A stretch of 64,000 nt of DNA from Gekko japonicus (lineage: Eukaryota), in assembly GCF_001447785.1 (NCBI RefSeq), contig NW_015165885.1:62001-126000 (forward strand), written 5' to 3'. The position numbers and the translations under genes are program-made. Shown one piece after another: positions 24,301 through 34,400 of the stretch. Under the pieces are notes generated by a model, which was not told where the DNA came from, searched no databases, and worked only from the letters and a program-made list of their open reading frames with translations. How positions within the stretch are numbered: the stretch's first letter is position 1; each line of letters starts with the position of its first letter.

Positions 24301-25292
24301 ATAGTTCATATGTCGACAGCTGCAAGGATAGTATATGCCAAATATTGGAAAATAATGGAAATACCAACGAAATAAGAGTACGTGAACAAGCTATTTGAAA
24401 CGGCGGAAAATGACAAACTGACACTTGAGATGAGAGCCGGTACAGAATGGACTTTTAAAAAAACTTGGAAGAGATTCTACGATTGGTATAATGTAAATGT
24501 AACTGATAGATAAATGTAGTAATTTGAGAACGCAGAAAAGATAAGATTAGTAAAATAGATAACAAATTTAGAAATTTAATAAGCAGAAGAAATAATAAAG
24601 TCTCTTGTTATATGTTATATGTTGTGGGGGGTAGTTGGGGGTTGTTTGTATGTATGTAGTATATAATGGGAAAAAATAATAAAAGTGTACCCTCGGGTAC
24701 TTTTTTTAAAAAAAGAACTTGAAGAAGGGTCTTGTACTTCGTCCTGGGCATCCAAGGTCAACTGGCCCACTAGAAAGAAAACAAGCATGGTGTGGCACTT
24801 GGATGTCAGATTAGGATCTTGGAGACCCAGGCTCAAATCCCCATTCTGCTTTGGAAATTTACTGGGTGACCTCGGGCCAGTCAGACACTCATCCCAACCT
24901 GCCTCACAGGGCTATTGTGAGGGTAAAATGGAAATCGGGAGAACGCTGCAAGGCGGCCACTCTGGATCCCCACCTGGGAGACAAGTGGGGTATAAGTATC
25001 AAGCAAATACGGGCGTAGGTACGTCGACCCTATGGAGTTCTCCGAAGCAGCGAGCCTGCCCGGGGGGGGGGGCCCTCCTTCGTCCAATGTGGTCCTAACG
25101 GCGTCACTGAGGGAGAAGAAAGAGAGAAGGGTGTCTCTCTTCACAGCCCGACCGCACTCCTTTCCTGCAACAGCCGCCCAGCCACTCCATCCCGTGGGGC
25201 TTATGTGGGCGGTGCCTCACCTTCAACACCGGCGTCAGGTACTCGGCCACTTCCAGCGCCTTCCCTTTCACAGTGTTGATGACGCTCTGCAT
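6222..25292 (-). CDS. ATG3: ATG3, ubiquitin-like-conjugating (E2-like) autophagy enzyme; complete 12-exon CDS, 942 nt = 313 aa + stop
   Basis: complement(join) of 25221-25292, 20742-20783, 18377-18426, 17083-17153, 16205-16312, 15816-15865, 14068-14146, 12397-12431, 11421-11576, 9793-9920, 7382-7450, 6222-6303. All introns are GT-AG and the frame is continuous. The translation [32 protein letters not shown]...[15 protein letters not shown]...[11 protein letters not shown] matches vertebrate ATG3, including the catalytic HPC motif. Confidence 0.98.
6304..7381 (-). other. ATG3: U12-type (minor spliceosome) GT-AG intron, last intron of ATG3
   Basis: The 5' site GTATCCTTTC matches the U12 consensus. 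The branch site TTCCTTAAT (6323-6315) lies about 10 nt upstream of the AG, with no polypyrimidine tract. Confidence 0.92.
7382..7450 (-). CDS. ATG3: ATG3 exon 11 ([24 protein letters not shown])
   Basis: CAG acceptor; U12-type donor GTATCCTTT; 69 nt. Confidence 0.96.
9793..9920 (-). CDS. ATG3: ATG3 exon 10 ([42 protein letters not shown]; contains the catalytic Cys)
   Basis: CAG acceptor, GTATTT donor; 128 nt. Confidence 0.96.
11421..11576 (-). CDS. ATG3: ATG3 exon 9 ([10 protein letters not shown]...[14 protein letters not shown])
   Basis: Overlaps ORF 11355..11570; CAG acceptor, GTACAC donor; 156 nt. Confidence 0.96.
11767..12390 (+). mobile_element. Young CpG-rich SINE (about 620 bp) with a Sauria-like 5' region, internal tandem repeats and an L2-like (ATT)n tail
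   Basis: 11867-11930 resembles 41954-42020 of the Sauria SINE. A 32-bp direct repeat lies at 12131-12162 and 12175-12206. There is a 3' stem-loop ATCGCTCA...TGAGCGAT followed by (ATT)n. Confidence 0.75.
12397..12431 (-). CDS. ATG3: ATG3 exon 8 ([12 protein letters not shown])
   Basis: CAG acceptor, GTGAGT donor; 35 nt. Confidence 0.95.
12640..13270 (+). mobile_element. Degenerate L2/CR1-clade LINE 3' fragment
   Basis: Remnant peptides [41 protein letters not shown]; typical of the L2 ORF2 C-terminus. Confidence 0.7.
14068..14146 (-). CDS. ATG3: ATG3 exon 7 ([26 protein letters not shown])
   Basis: Acidic flexible region; AAG acceptor, GTAATT donor; 79 nt. Confidence 0.93.
15816..15865 (-). 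CDS. ATG3: ATG3 exon 6 ([17 protein letters not shown])
   Basis: CAG acceptor, GTATTA donor; 50 nt. Confidence 0.94.
16205..16312 (-). CDS. ATG3: ATG3 exon 5 ([36 protein letters not shown])
   Basis: Within ORF 16107..16343; CAG acceptor, GTATTC donor; 108 nt. Confidence 0.96.
17083..17153 (-). CDS. ATG3: ATG3 exon 4 ([23 protein letters not shown])
   Basis: AG acceptor, GTAAGT donor; 71 nt. Confidence 0.95.
17339..17405. repeat. Local direct duplication of a 29-mer
   Basis: GTAATCTCCATCTGGTTTGAAAGGGAAAC at 17339 and 17377. Confidence 0.85.
18377..18426 (-). CDS. ATG3: ATG3 exon 3 ([17 protein letters not shown])
   Basis: CAG acceptor, GTAAGT donor; 50 nt. Confidence 0.96.
20742..20783 (-). 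CDS. ATG3: ATG3 exon 2 ([14 protein letters not shown])
   Basis: AG acceptor, GTAGGT donor; 42 nt. Confidence 0.96.
21456..21507 (+). mobile_element. Very short 5'-truncated BovB/RTE 3' end
   Basis: CGCAAAGAGTCGGACTCGACTGTGCGACTGAACAACAACAAC; reverse-complement match to 26271-26310. Confidence 0.8.
22599..22856. mobile_element. Fully palindromic hAT-type MITE, copy 1
   Basis: TIR TAGGGCTGCCAAG...CTTGGCAGCCCTA; perfect 8-bp TSD GTGGGACC (22591-22598 / 22857-22864); about 120-bp inverted arms. Confidence 0.93.
23080..23345. mobile_element. Palindromic hAT-type MITE, copy 2 (opposite orientation to copy 1)
   Basis: TIR TAGGGTTGCCAA...TTGGCAGGCCTA; perfect 8-bp TSD TTACTGGA (23072-23079 / 23346-23353); its central loop is the reverse complement of the copy 1 loop. 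Confidence 0.92.
23400..23890 (+). mobile_element. Degenerate L2-like LINE fragment
   Basis: TCAAGACTAGACTACTGTA, CACATTACTCCCATT, AAGCCCTACATGGCCTTGG and GTGGAATGGCCTGCCTGAGGAGAT; L2 3' ORF2 signatures. Confidence 0.7.
24785..25005 (+). mobile_element. tRNA-derived SINE (Squam3/MIR-like), diverged
   Basis: GCATGGTGTGG...GGAGACCCAGGCTCAAATCCC...CTGGGTGACCTCGGGC...CCTCACAGGG. Confidence 0.7.
25221..25292 (-). CDS. ATG3: ATG3 coding exon 1 ([24 protein letters not shown])
   Basis: ATG at 25292; donor AAG|GTGAGG; 72 nt. Confidence 0.97.
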
Positions 25293-25599
25293 CCTGCCTC
25301 GTCCCGCAGGCAGGCAAACCAGCCGGGGAGCGCGCGCACCCCTGTCACCTGCGCGGAGCAACCAAACCCGAGCAAGCACCCAAACGGCGCCTTTCCACCT
25401 TCCGGAAGACCACAACCACCAATGCTTTTTCCTCCACCTACTGTCTCCAATGGAGGGATCACATGAACGGGTACCCTAACACGTGACCTTACTGACCCTC
25501 CCTTTCCCCTGGCCGCTGTCTTTTTCTGTTCCCGGAGGTGGCCGTTGCGCCTGCGCAGGAAAGAGAAATGGGCGGAGGGGGAAGCTGGCGGTCCGCCTC

Positions 25600-25765
25600 T
25601 GTCAGTCTACTGCTGTATTCTGTCAAAAGGGGCCGGTGTCACGTGATGAGAGGAAAGGGCGGAGGGAAGCGGCTGCCTGGATTCCTCTGCGGAGGGGTAA
25701 GCAGCGAGAAGCTGAGACAGGTGGAGAAAAAAAATGCCCGGAGAGAGAAAACCAACAGCCGTCAG
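25600..25765 (+). other. SLC35A5: Probable non-coding first exon of SLC35A5 (start uncertain; candidate donors after 25696 and 25765)
   Basis: Plus-strand donors GG|GTAAGC (25697) and CAG|GTAACC (25766) lie in the CpG island; the first coding exon is 5.5 kb downstream. Confidence 0.5.
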
Positions 25766-26270
25766 GTAACCGCGGCCATTCGGAAGAAAACAAGCACTCC
25801 TCCTCCGTCTCTTATTGTGCAATGATAGCGTAAGTTGCCTATGTTGGAGGAAGAACATTTCCAGGAGAGGGTGGTGTGAACGCGGTTGGGCGGGCTCTTT
25901 ATTTTGTATTCTGAATTCATGGGGGTGACCCAGCTCTGGATGGCTAACACCATCCTTGTTTCACATCTCGACCATGAGTAGGTGGTCTTAGCCAAGCCAC
26001 TGTACTCTCAGCCCAAAGCTGCCCACTAAAGTGGCCACGTTCTTGCATTTGTTCTTGGTTTCTCTCTGTTTATATTTTATTCCTCCATACCGGTACATAC
26101 GTACAAATGTCTGCCAATCAAGGATCCATGCCCTGTTTAATCTGAGAATGTGGTTTCTAGTCCACGAAAGGTTATGCTGCATTTAAAAAAAAAAGTATTT
26201 CACATCACAGAACTCTAGCTAGTTTTTGCCTGACTTGGCTAAATATCTGGAACTTGTCACATCCTTTTTT

Positions 26271-26506
26271 TTGTTGTTCAGTCGCACAGTCGACTCCGAC
26301 TCTTTGCGACCCCATGGACCACATCAAGCCAGGTCCTCCTGTCTTCCGCCGTCCCCTGGAGTTTGCTCAGTTTCGTGTTCGTTGCATCGGTAACACTGTC
26401 TGACCATCTCATCCTTTGCCGCCCCCTTCTTTTGTTACCTTCAGTCTTTCCCAGCACCAGGTTCTTTTCCAGTGAGTGCTCCCTTCTCATTTGGTGGCCA
26501 AAGTAT
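26271..26506 (-). mobile_element. BovB (RTE) LINE 3' fragment
   Basis: ORF 26278..26490 (SLEKNLVLGKTEGNKRRGRQRMRWSDSVTD...VHGVAKSRSRL) and a (CAA)n tail. Confidence 0.9.
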
Positions 26507-28709
26507 GCTTTTAACAGCAGTATGAACTTCAGAAGTTTAACATGGAAAAAAAATTGTTACCATAGAAATAGGGGGAAAGTGTATGTTGACGCTGTTTTTA
26601 AAGGCCCAAGAGGTGGCAACTCAGTCCCTGTCTGCAGTATGTTGGCTATAATATTTAGTATCCATCTGTGTTATATAGTTGTTGAAAGAACAGTGTACAT
26701 GAGATACTTTAGATACTTGAAATGTGATTCATAAGTGTAAATTCTTATGATCATGGGTTGGATCCAGCAATGTGTGAGGGAAAGGGAAATGTAATTGGTG
26801 CAGTTCCACTTGTGTATGCAGTATCTATTTATTTATATAAGAGCTGCAGCAACATGCAGTACATTGCGGTTTTTTACAAAATAACAATGCACAGATGAAA
26901 CAATATTTGTGTAAATGATTAGTTTTTTTGTTTGAGGAACAAAAGAAAGCACTGCAAAATTATTGAAAGCTATCCTTCTTCTCCACTCTTTGAAGATCAA
27001 TTTTTAAGGTAGTAGTTGAGCTTCTCTCCTTTCCAGTATGGAAGCAGGGCTAGCCACCCTGCAGTAAGGTTCATGTGAATGGTTGAACAGTTATCATGCT
27101 GTGTCACTATGTAATTAAGGCTAGCAAGCAGATAATGCTGAAAGATAAATCATGCCCATTGCTCCTTTTATTTTTTAAAAAAAGTCTGCATACACCCTGA
27201 ATGACAGCATTACTGATCTTGAGTTGGTCAGCTGGTGAGTTGGTCAGTTGGTGTGAGGTCAGCTGTCAGTAGCTACAGGGAATGTCCCTCACAAGAACTT
27301 CCACGAATGCCTGTTGACTCCTTTACCATTGTACCAGAAGTGTTTCAAGGAGTTCCTGCAAAAGAGTTGCAGTGTTGTACCATTTTGTGCAACATCCTCC
27401 ACTGGCTCCATCCCATATTGTGTTATCTGTTTCTTCAGCCTGATGTGTGCGTTGTGCTGGATCAGTGCACCCAGATTCCAAGAGAAATCCCTTAAGGGCA
27501 TACCCACTGGATCAGTCTTTTTTTTTTTTAGCTTTGATATAGTACTAAGAGTCTATCAGTTCATGAATCGAGTGGCCTGATGTATTTGACTGACAACAGT
27601 TTAATTTTTCAGACAAAACTAAAATGGGGTATAAAACCATGAATTTGTTTCGGCATATGGACAGGAAAGTATTGGATGAGATTTGCTTCCTAGATAAAAT
27701 GTTATTGTGTTCAGCGTAGGTTTGTGTCTTAGAGGGCAATCCTAAACAGTACACTGAAGTCAATGGGCTCAGAAGGGTGTACCTCTGCTTAGAACTGTAT
27801 TGTTAATTTGGTAAATATCCTCAGAGAATTTGCTTTTTAATATAAGAAAGTCAGTGCTGGCTCCCCCTCCTATGTTTAATGACTGAATTCATTTATTTGC
27901 AAATATTTAGTTAGTGCTTGGAGAGACAAGGGTTTGAATACCATTAATGGGAAAGCTGACTACTGTCCTTCATGCCTTGGTGATCTCTAGATTAGTCTAT
28001 TGTAATGCTCTGTACACAGATCAGTCCATGAGGATTATTCAGAAACTTCAGTTGGTACAGGATGTTGCTGCCTAATTGGTACTGAGTGTAACTCAGCACA
28101 GTCATATGACACAAGTGTAGAAACAATTATATTAGCTACAGTTGTGTTTGCATGTTTAAAATGAATGTCTATACAGGAACTATCTTTAATACCGTAAGTC
28201 ACCATCTTCAATACCATAAGTTAGTCGCTAGCACTTTATATGATGTAAGTTAGTTTTAATGAATTGTTTTAGATATTTATGTATTTATTGTATTGTGTTT
28301 TTATGATGTTAGCCGCCCTGAGCCTGCCGCGGCAGGGAGGGCAGGGTACAAATCTAAGTAAATAAATAATATAACATGACGATTTTTACATAAAGTCCTA
28401 AATAAAGTAGGTTCAGGCTTTCTCAAGGAGTATATCCTCCCATGTCAGTCTCCCTGAAGTTTTAGATTAACCTATGAAACCCTGCTTCAAATTTGTATTT
28501 ATTTAAAAGCCCCTAATGCTCCCATAAACAGGAGCTTTGGAATGCCATTATAGCATTCCACAAATAAGTAATGGCATCCCTGTTCTGTTATACTTTTGAG
28601 AGTTCATTGTTCCTTTATGTTCTTTGTCTGACTCTGTTGCTTTTGATTCTTTGGTTGGATGTTTTATATTAGTTAATGTGGTTTTGATGCGTTAATTGTA
28701 TTCTGTACA

Positions 28710-29390
28710 TGTTAAGTGCTGTCAGGTTGGTTCTGACACAGTGAACCTATGCATTAATGACCTTCAAAATGTCCTACCATTAACAGGCTTCCTTGACAGA
28801 GTACATCTCTTGTTGGGTCTTCCTCTTTTTCCTGCTGCCTTCAACTTTTCCAAGCATAATTGTCTTTTCCAGTGACTCTTGTAATATTACCAAAATACAA
28901 TAACCTCAGTTTAGTCATTTTAGCTTCTAGAGAAAGTTCAGGCTAGATTTGTCTTTTTGGCAGTCCATGGTATCCGTAAAACTCTCCTCCAACACCACGT
29001 TTCAAATGAGTCAGCTTTCTTCGTGTTCACTTTCTTCATTGTCCAGCTTTCACACCTATACATTGTAGTAGGGAATGCTGTCGTATGATTTACCTTGGTC
29101 TTGGTCTGCAGTGACAGATCCTTACACTTAAGAATCTTTTCTACCTCCTTCGTGGCTGCCCTGCCCAGTCTCAGTCTTCTGATTTCTTGGTTGCAGCCTC
29201 CCTTTTGGTTGATGATGGAGCCAAGGAACAGGAAATGTTGAATAATTTCAATTTCTTCATTGTCAACCTTAAAGTTGTGTAATTCCCTAGTAGTCATTAC
29301 TTTTGTCTTCTTGATGTTCAGCTGCAATCCTGCTTTGGGACTTTCTGCTTTAACCTTCATCAGAAGTCATTTCAAGTCTTCACTATTGTT
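28710..29390 (-). mobile_element. RTE/BovB-clade LINE ORF2 fragment
   Basis: ORF 28938..29360 (GLQLNIKKTKVM...FLGSII...EIRRLRLGRAA...YRCESWT...FETWCWRRVLRIPWTAKKTN). Confidence 0.88.
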
Positions 29391-29709
29391 TTAATTGTTT
29401 TAGCTGATTATTTTCCTACACAACTTCCATAGCATCAAATGAAAACTAGTATAGAAATTTTATAAATGTATGGGTTGCCATAGCTGATAACTAGAGAATT
29501 GCCAAAATATATTTTTACTTATAGAAACGATGGACTAAGTTCTTACTGAGCACAAGGCAACATTTTTAGTTGTTATTGCTCAATGTGTACCTTTTGTCCG
29601 AAAATATTTCAGACAGAATAAGCCTTAATTGTCTTAGGTTTAGAGTAGTAGTGCCAGTAGTGCATGTACTATTAATATTCTTTATATTTGTGTATATTCT
29701 TGTTGAGAG

Positions 29710-29925
29710 ACAGTGTAGTTGGACTTGAATCTGAGAGGCTCAGGTTCAAATCCCCACTCTACCATGGAAGGTTAATGTATAATCTTGTGCCAGTCACACA
29801 CACTCAGCCTAACCTACCTCACAAGGTTGCTGTGCGGGTAAAGTGGAAGAGCAGAGCACTATGTAAACTGCTTTGGGTCCCTACAGGAGAGGAAGGAGGG
29901 GTATAAATGAAACAAATGAAATAAA
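29710..29925 (+). mobile_element. tRNA-derived SINE (Squam3-related), diverged
   Basis: CAGGTTCAAATCCCCACTCT...CTCAGCCTAACCTACCTCACAAGGTTG...GGGGTATAAATGAA. Confidence 0.7.
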
Positions 29926-30009
29926 ATTATTCAGTGATAGTAATACAAGAAATATTAGCGTCCCCCAAATAGTCTTCCATGTCTCTTTGCATACTGCAAA
30001 GGAGAATTT

Positions 30010-31150
30010 AGAATCATAGAGTTGGAAGGAGCCCTACCAGCCACCTAATACAAGCCACTGTTCAATGCAAGATCAACTTAAAGTATGCCTAATGAGTGTT
30101 TGTCTAGCTGCTGCTTGAAGACTGCCACCACCTTCCTAGGCAGCCAATTCAGCTGCTGAACTACTCTTACTCTAAAAAACCTTTCCCAGCTGATACCTTT
30201 CTGCCTGTAATTTAAACCCATTATTGTGAGTCCTATCCTCTCCTGCCAATAGGAATAGCTTCCTGTCCTCCTCTAAGTGACAGTCTTTCAAATACTTAGA
30301 GAGGGCAATTATACCTCCCTACTCTTCTCCAGACTGAACATTCCCAAAGTCCCTCAGCCTGTCCTTGTAGGGCTTGGTCTCCAGGTACCTGGTGTCAGGA
30401 CCCACAGTGAAACAACGAAGTACACGCTTCCAAGAAGGTTTTACTTTATTGAAAAGCCATAGATGCAACATGAACACTGTTAGGAATGGTGGGAGTTCTA
30501 TGCGCATAATAGGTTATAGGGCATTCGTATACAACCCCCCCCCACGTAGTACCCAATTACAGGGGTTCCCGCACGTGGGCATTAAGCTGGGAACTAACAG
30601 CTGCAAAAGCAAAACAGGTAAGAGCTTCCCAAGACTCATACTGTGCAGAGACACAGCAACTCCTCCAGCGGCCTTGAGAAATGCGTTGCAGTGAAGGGGC
30701 AATTAAGCGCCATGGAAAGAATGCACATGAAAGGGAAACACCCACCACACTCATGGCAGCTTAGCTGACACCTGGTTGTCTTCATTGCCCTCCTTTGCAC
30801 CCTCTCCATTCTGTCGACATCCTTTTTGAAGTGAGGCTTCTAGAACTGCACAGAGTACTCCAGGTGTGTCCTGACCAATGTGGTGTATAGTGGGACTATG
30901 ACATCTTGAGATTTGTATGTTATGCGTGTGTTGATACACCCAAGACCACATTTGCCCTTTTTGCTGCTGCATAACACTGACTGCCCATATTTAGCTTACA
31001 GTCCACTCATACTCTTAAGAACCTGTTCACATGCACTGCTACCCAGAAATGTGTCCCCCATCCAGTATGAGTGCTTCTCATTTTTGTTACCGTGATGTAG
31101 AACTCTGCACTTATCCTTGTTGAACTCCATTGTATTCACATCCAGATTCA
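30010..31150 (-). mobile_element. CR1 LINE 3' fragment, interrupted by a solo LTR
   Basis: AGAATCATAGAGTTGGAAGG (reverse of the CR1 3' terminus), TCTTCTCCAGACTGAACATTCCC, AGAACTGCACAGAGTACTCCAGG; paralogous to 55183-56440. Confidence 0.88.
30393..30770 (-). mobile_element. Solo LTR (378 bp)
   Basis: TGTCAG...CTGACA termini; perfect 5-bp TSD CCTGG (30388-30392 / 30771-30775); minus-strand AATAAA near 30445; splits the CR1 exactly. Confidence 0.88.
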
Positions 31151-31292
31151 ATGTCCACCAACTTCATGCAACATATATAGGGAAAAGCACTAGCAGTGTA
31201 TTTAAATGTGCCAGAAAGCAATAAAATATACATTGCTGCCTGATAAGAGTTTTGCTTTGCCGTTCAAAGAGCACTGATAGCAAGACAACAGA

Positions 31293-31422
31293 ATGGAGTC
31301 CAAGTTCTACAATCAGCCTGCCTTATGGTCCAAGTCAGCCATCTATACACTCCTATTAGGAGGTGCCTTTGTTACTCTGGGATCAAGTCGTATCCTCCTG
31401 ATGAAATACTCTGCCAATGAAG
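31293..31422 (+). CDS. SLC35A5: SLC35A5 coding exon 1 ([43 protein letters not shown])
   Basis: ATG in AGAATGG context; donor AG|GTACAT; 130 nt. Confidence 0.93.
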
Positions 31423-34400
31423 GTACATTTTGATATTTGACCCTCTGTGGTTACCACTAATCTTTATCAGCTTACTATCTGCTTTCACGTTCTCTGCCAA
31501 TATGTGGCATTAAGTGTTTTCAGTCTGTATGGGGTCCTGATTTTTCTTCTGAGTGTAATGAGAGATGTGGAGAGAGCAGGTGAATTTGTAGGATGGAGAA
31601 CCCTTACTCTGCTTGAGGACTCATTTGCCAGCTGAGGTTTTTTTATTCTTCTTCTTTGATTATTTTTATTCTGCATAATCTATATTTTCATGTATTGCTT
31701 TACAGTCAAAAGCTTGCTTTTTAAATAAAAAGGGGGCGGAGAAGAGATTGGTGGTGATCCAGATCCCACATCTGTATCTGTGCTGAGTGTACTATGCATG
31801 AACAAATTAGTCATAATGTCCTTGTTTATTGCTTTTTTTTTTTTTTTTGCTTGGTCAGTGTAAATATCTGTGACACTTTGTATAAGGCCTCTGCTAACTT
31901 TTTTCAGATAACAAGTATGATTACCTTCCTGCAACTGTAAATGTGTGCTCAGAGTTAGTGAAGCTGGTGCTCTGTCTGATAATGGCACTCTGGGTAACCA
32001 GGAAAGGTAAGTTGTTATATCTTACATTCTTATATGGTGTCAGTTTGCTATTTTTTTTAAAAAAAATTGACTTGCGTTGGGTGCATTGACAGTGTATCTT
32101 ACTGTGCTGAAAGACAAAATCAGCATGGTGTGAGAAAATTGAATATTGTAGTTTTTAAAATGGCTTTTGCATTGTACAGTTGCACAAATTTGGTTGTATT
32201 AAAGTGTATGACTATCTCCTTATATTATAAAGCTGATTTGGGGTGGCTTCTGTCCTATGGGGTGGCGAGATTCCATTCACACCAAAATCAGTTGGCCACC
32301 TCAACTGTTACTCACAGGTGGGTCCCTGGCCACTGCTTAGCTTCCGTTGCTGCGTTGGCTCGGTCCTGCCCACAGAGCCGCAGCCCAGCGTCTCACCCTC
32401 AGTGTGCAGGGAGCCACCAGGCAGGATGGACGTTCCAGCAGCTGGGAAGCCGAGCAAGCCCATGGAGGGAGCTACGGTTGGAGCCGCCTCCCCTTCCCAC
32501 TCAGAGCCACCTGCCTCTCGCTCTCCCCGCAGCTGCAGGAAACCTGAGCAGGCCACTGGAAGCGGAGGCGGTTGAGAACCCCTCCCCTTGTCAGGGCCGC
32601 CTTGCTCATCCTCCCCATGCAACAGGTGGGTGCGGACGACCTCCGGAGGCCTCCGGGCCACCTTTCCCTGCCCGGCCACCGAGGCCAATGTGCGGGGAAA
32701 GCCCTCCAAGGCAGGCAAGCGGGAGCAGCCGCCCAGAGGCCCCCCGCCCCCTCCTCGCCAGCACGTCGAGGCAAGCGAGGCAGGAAGGGGCCGGGGGGCC
32801 GTTTGCAGCCCTCCCCGTTAGCTCTCCGGGCGAGGCGGCAGAGCACAAGAAGCCGCCCAGAGGTCCCCCAGCCCCATCCTGGCCCAGCCGCCGAGGCCAG
32901 CAAGTCAAGAGGGGCCCGGGGAGCCCTTTCAGGTCCTCCCCCTGGGTTCTCCTGCCCTCCCATCAAGGCGGAAGACCAGGAGAAGCCGCCCAGAGCCCCC
33001 TTGGCCCCTTCCTAGCCCGGCCGCAAAGACAGCCGAGCCAGGAAGGGGCCAGGAAGCACTTTGGGCGCTCTGGTCCGAAGAAGTGGCCTCGTGGCCCCTC
33101 TGTGCTTTTGCCTTTTTTGTTTAGATTTGACATTTTGGCTACAGTAAGGCTTGTATTAGTAGAGCTCTTAAGAAAAATATTTCCTGTCTCTGTGTTCTAG
33201 TCAATAGACTATATCAGTAATTCCTTGGACTGTAGCCCAGATGACTTAATGCTTATAAAGAATCTTAAATAGATTCAGAGTGGCATTAAAATTGACTAAA
33301 TAAGTGTTTTTTGTTCTTCCATGAAAAAAAAGTCTTACTACTCATTTTTCACTGTTTTATAAATCAAAATATCAGGAAATTCACTTTTTTAGAGAGTGGT
33401 CAGAATCTCAAGAGCCATACAATTGCTTTTGTGCCTCCAAGGGGGAGAGCCAGTTTGGTGTAGTGGTTAAGTGTGTGGACTCTAATCTGGGAGAACCAGG
33501 TTTGATTCCCCACTCCTCCACTTGCACCTGCTGATGTGACCTTGAGTCAGTCACAAGCTCTGGCACAGCTGTCCTTGAAAAAGAGCAGTTTGTGTCAGAG
33601 CTCTCTCAGCCCCACCTACCTTACAGGGTGTCTGTTGTGGGGAGGGGAAGAGAAAGGAGTTTCTAAGCCGCTCTGAGACTCCAAGTGAAGGGTGNNNNNN
33701 NNNNNNNNNNNNNNNNNNNNNNNNNNNNNNNNNNNNNNNNNNNNNNNNNNNNNNNNNNNNNNNNNNNNNNNNNNNNNNNNNNNNNNNNNNNNNNNNNNNN
33801 NNNNNNNNNNNNNNNNNNNNNNNATGGTGATCTCTGGTGACTCCTACTGGGGCATGGAGGATGTTCAGAGAAGGGGCTTGATAGCCTGCCTCTGCCTCCC
33901 AGCCCTGGTATTCCCTGGAGGTCTCCCATCCAAATACTTGCCGGGATTGGCCCTGCTTAGCTTCTGAGATCTGATGAGATCGGGCTTGCCTGGGCTATCC
34001 AGGTCAGGGCAGGCACTTGTTTCTTGAATAGCAGCCCCACATGAAACACTGAACAGGACTTTTGAAACAGAAAGGAAATCGGAAAAGTAATTTGTGATGT
34101 GGCATCAGAATCTGATGACTGAAGAAACCAGCCTGTCAAATAGGTGAATACTAATTCCTGGGGTAGCTTAAAGTGGCTCATGCTATTGGTGAAAAATGTC
34201 CAGTGTACATCAATTATCTTTTTTTCAAATGCAATTGAGCTCAAGGGATGAGGGAACTTCTTACTCCATCTCTTTTTTTGTTGCTACCTTTTTTTAATTC
34301 ACATTTTGATCTCCTCTTGTCTAGGATTGATGTATTTTACAAATAAAGCCAGCAAAGTTGGGTTGAGAGACTGCTTGAAGAAAATGTGCCACTTCAGCAT

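Larger units (their letters stand above)
25000..25900. promoter_or_regulatory. CpG-island bidirectional promoter shared by ATG3 (-) and SLC35A5 (+)
   Basis: CpG-dense region. NRF1-type TGCGCCTGCGCA at 25546-25557. E-boxes CACGTGAC 25480-25487, GTCACGTGAT 25638-25647 and TCACATGA 25459-25466. ETS CCGGAAG near 25402. GC boxes GGGCGGAG near 25570 and 25657. The two genes are head-to-head. Confidence 0.85.

Noticed and set aside
25104-25462. N-terminally extended ATG3 or upstream ORFs
   Set aside because: The ORF-track starts are non-ATG codons, and the conserved ATG3 start MQSVINT is at 25292
32067-33200. 377-aa ORF as a protein-coding gene
   Set aside because: TTG start, low-complexity Pro/Ala/Arg content and overlapping ORFs in many frames, all explained by GC richness. 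It lies within an SLC35A5 intron and shows no domain similarity I recognise.
33824-34010. 5S rRNA gene
   Set aside because: Diverged 5' end and a non-5S tail; the similar copy at 48474 indicates a 5S-derived SINE
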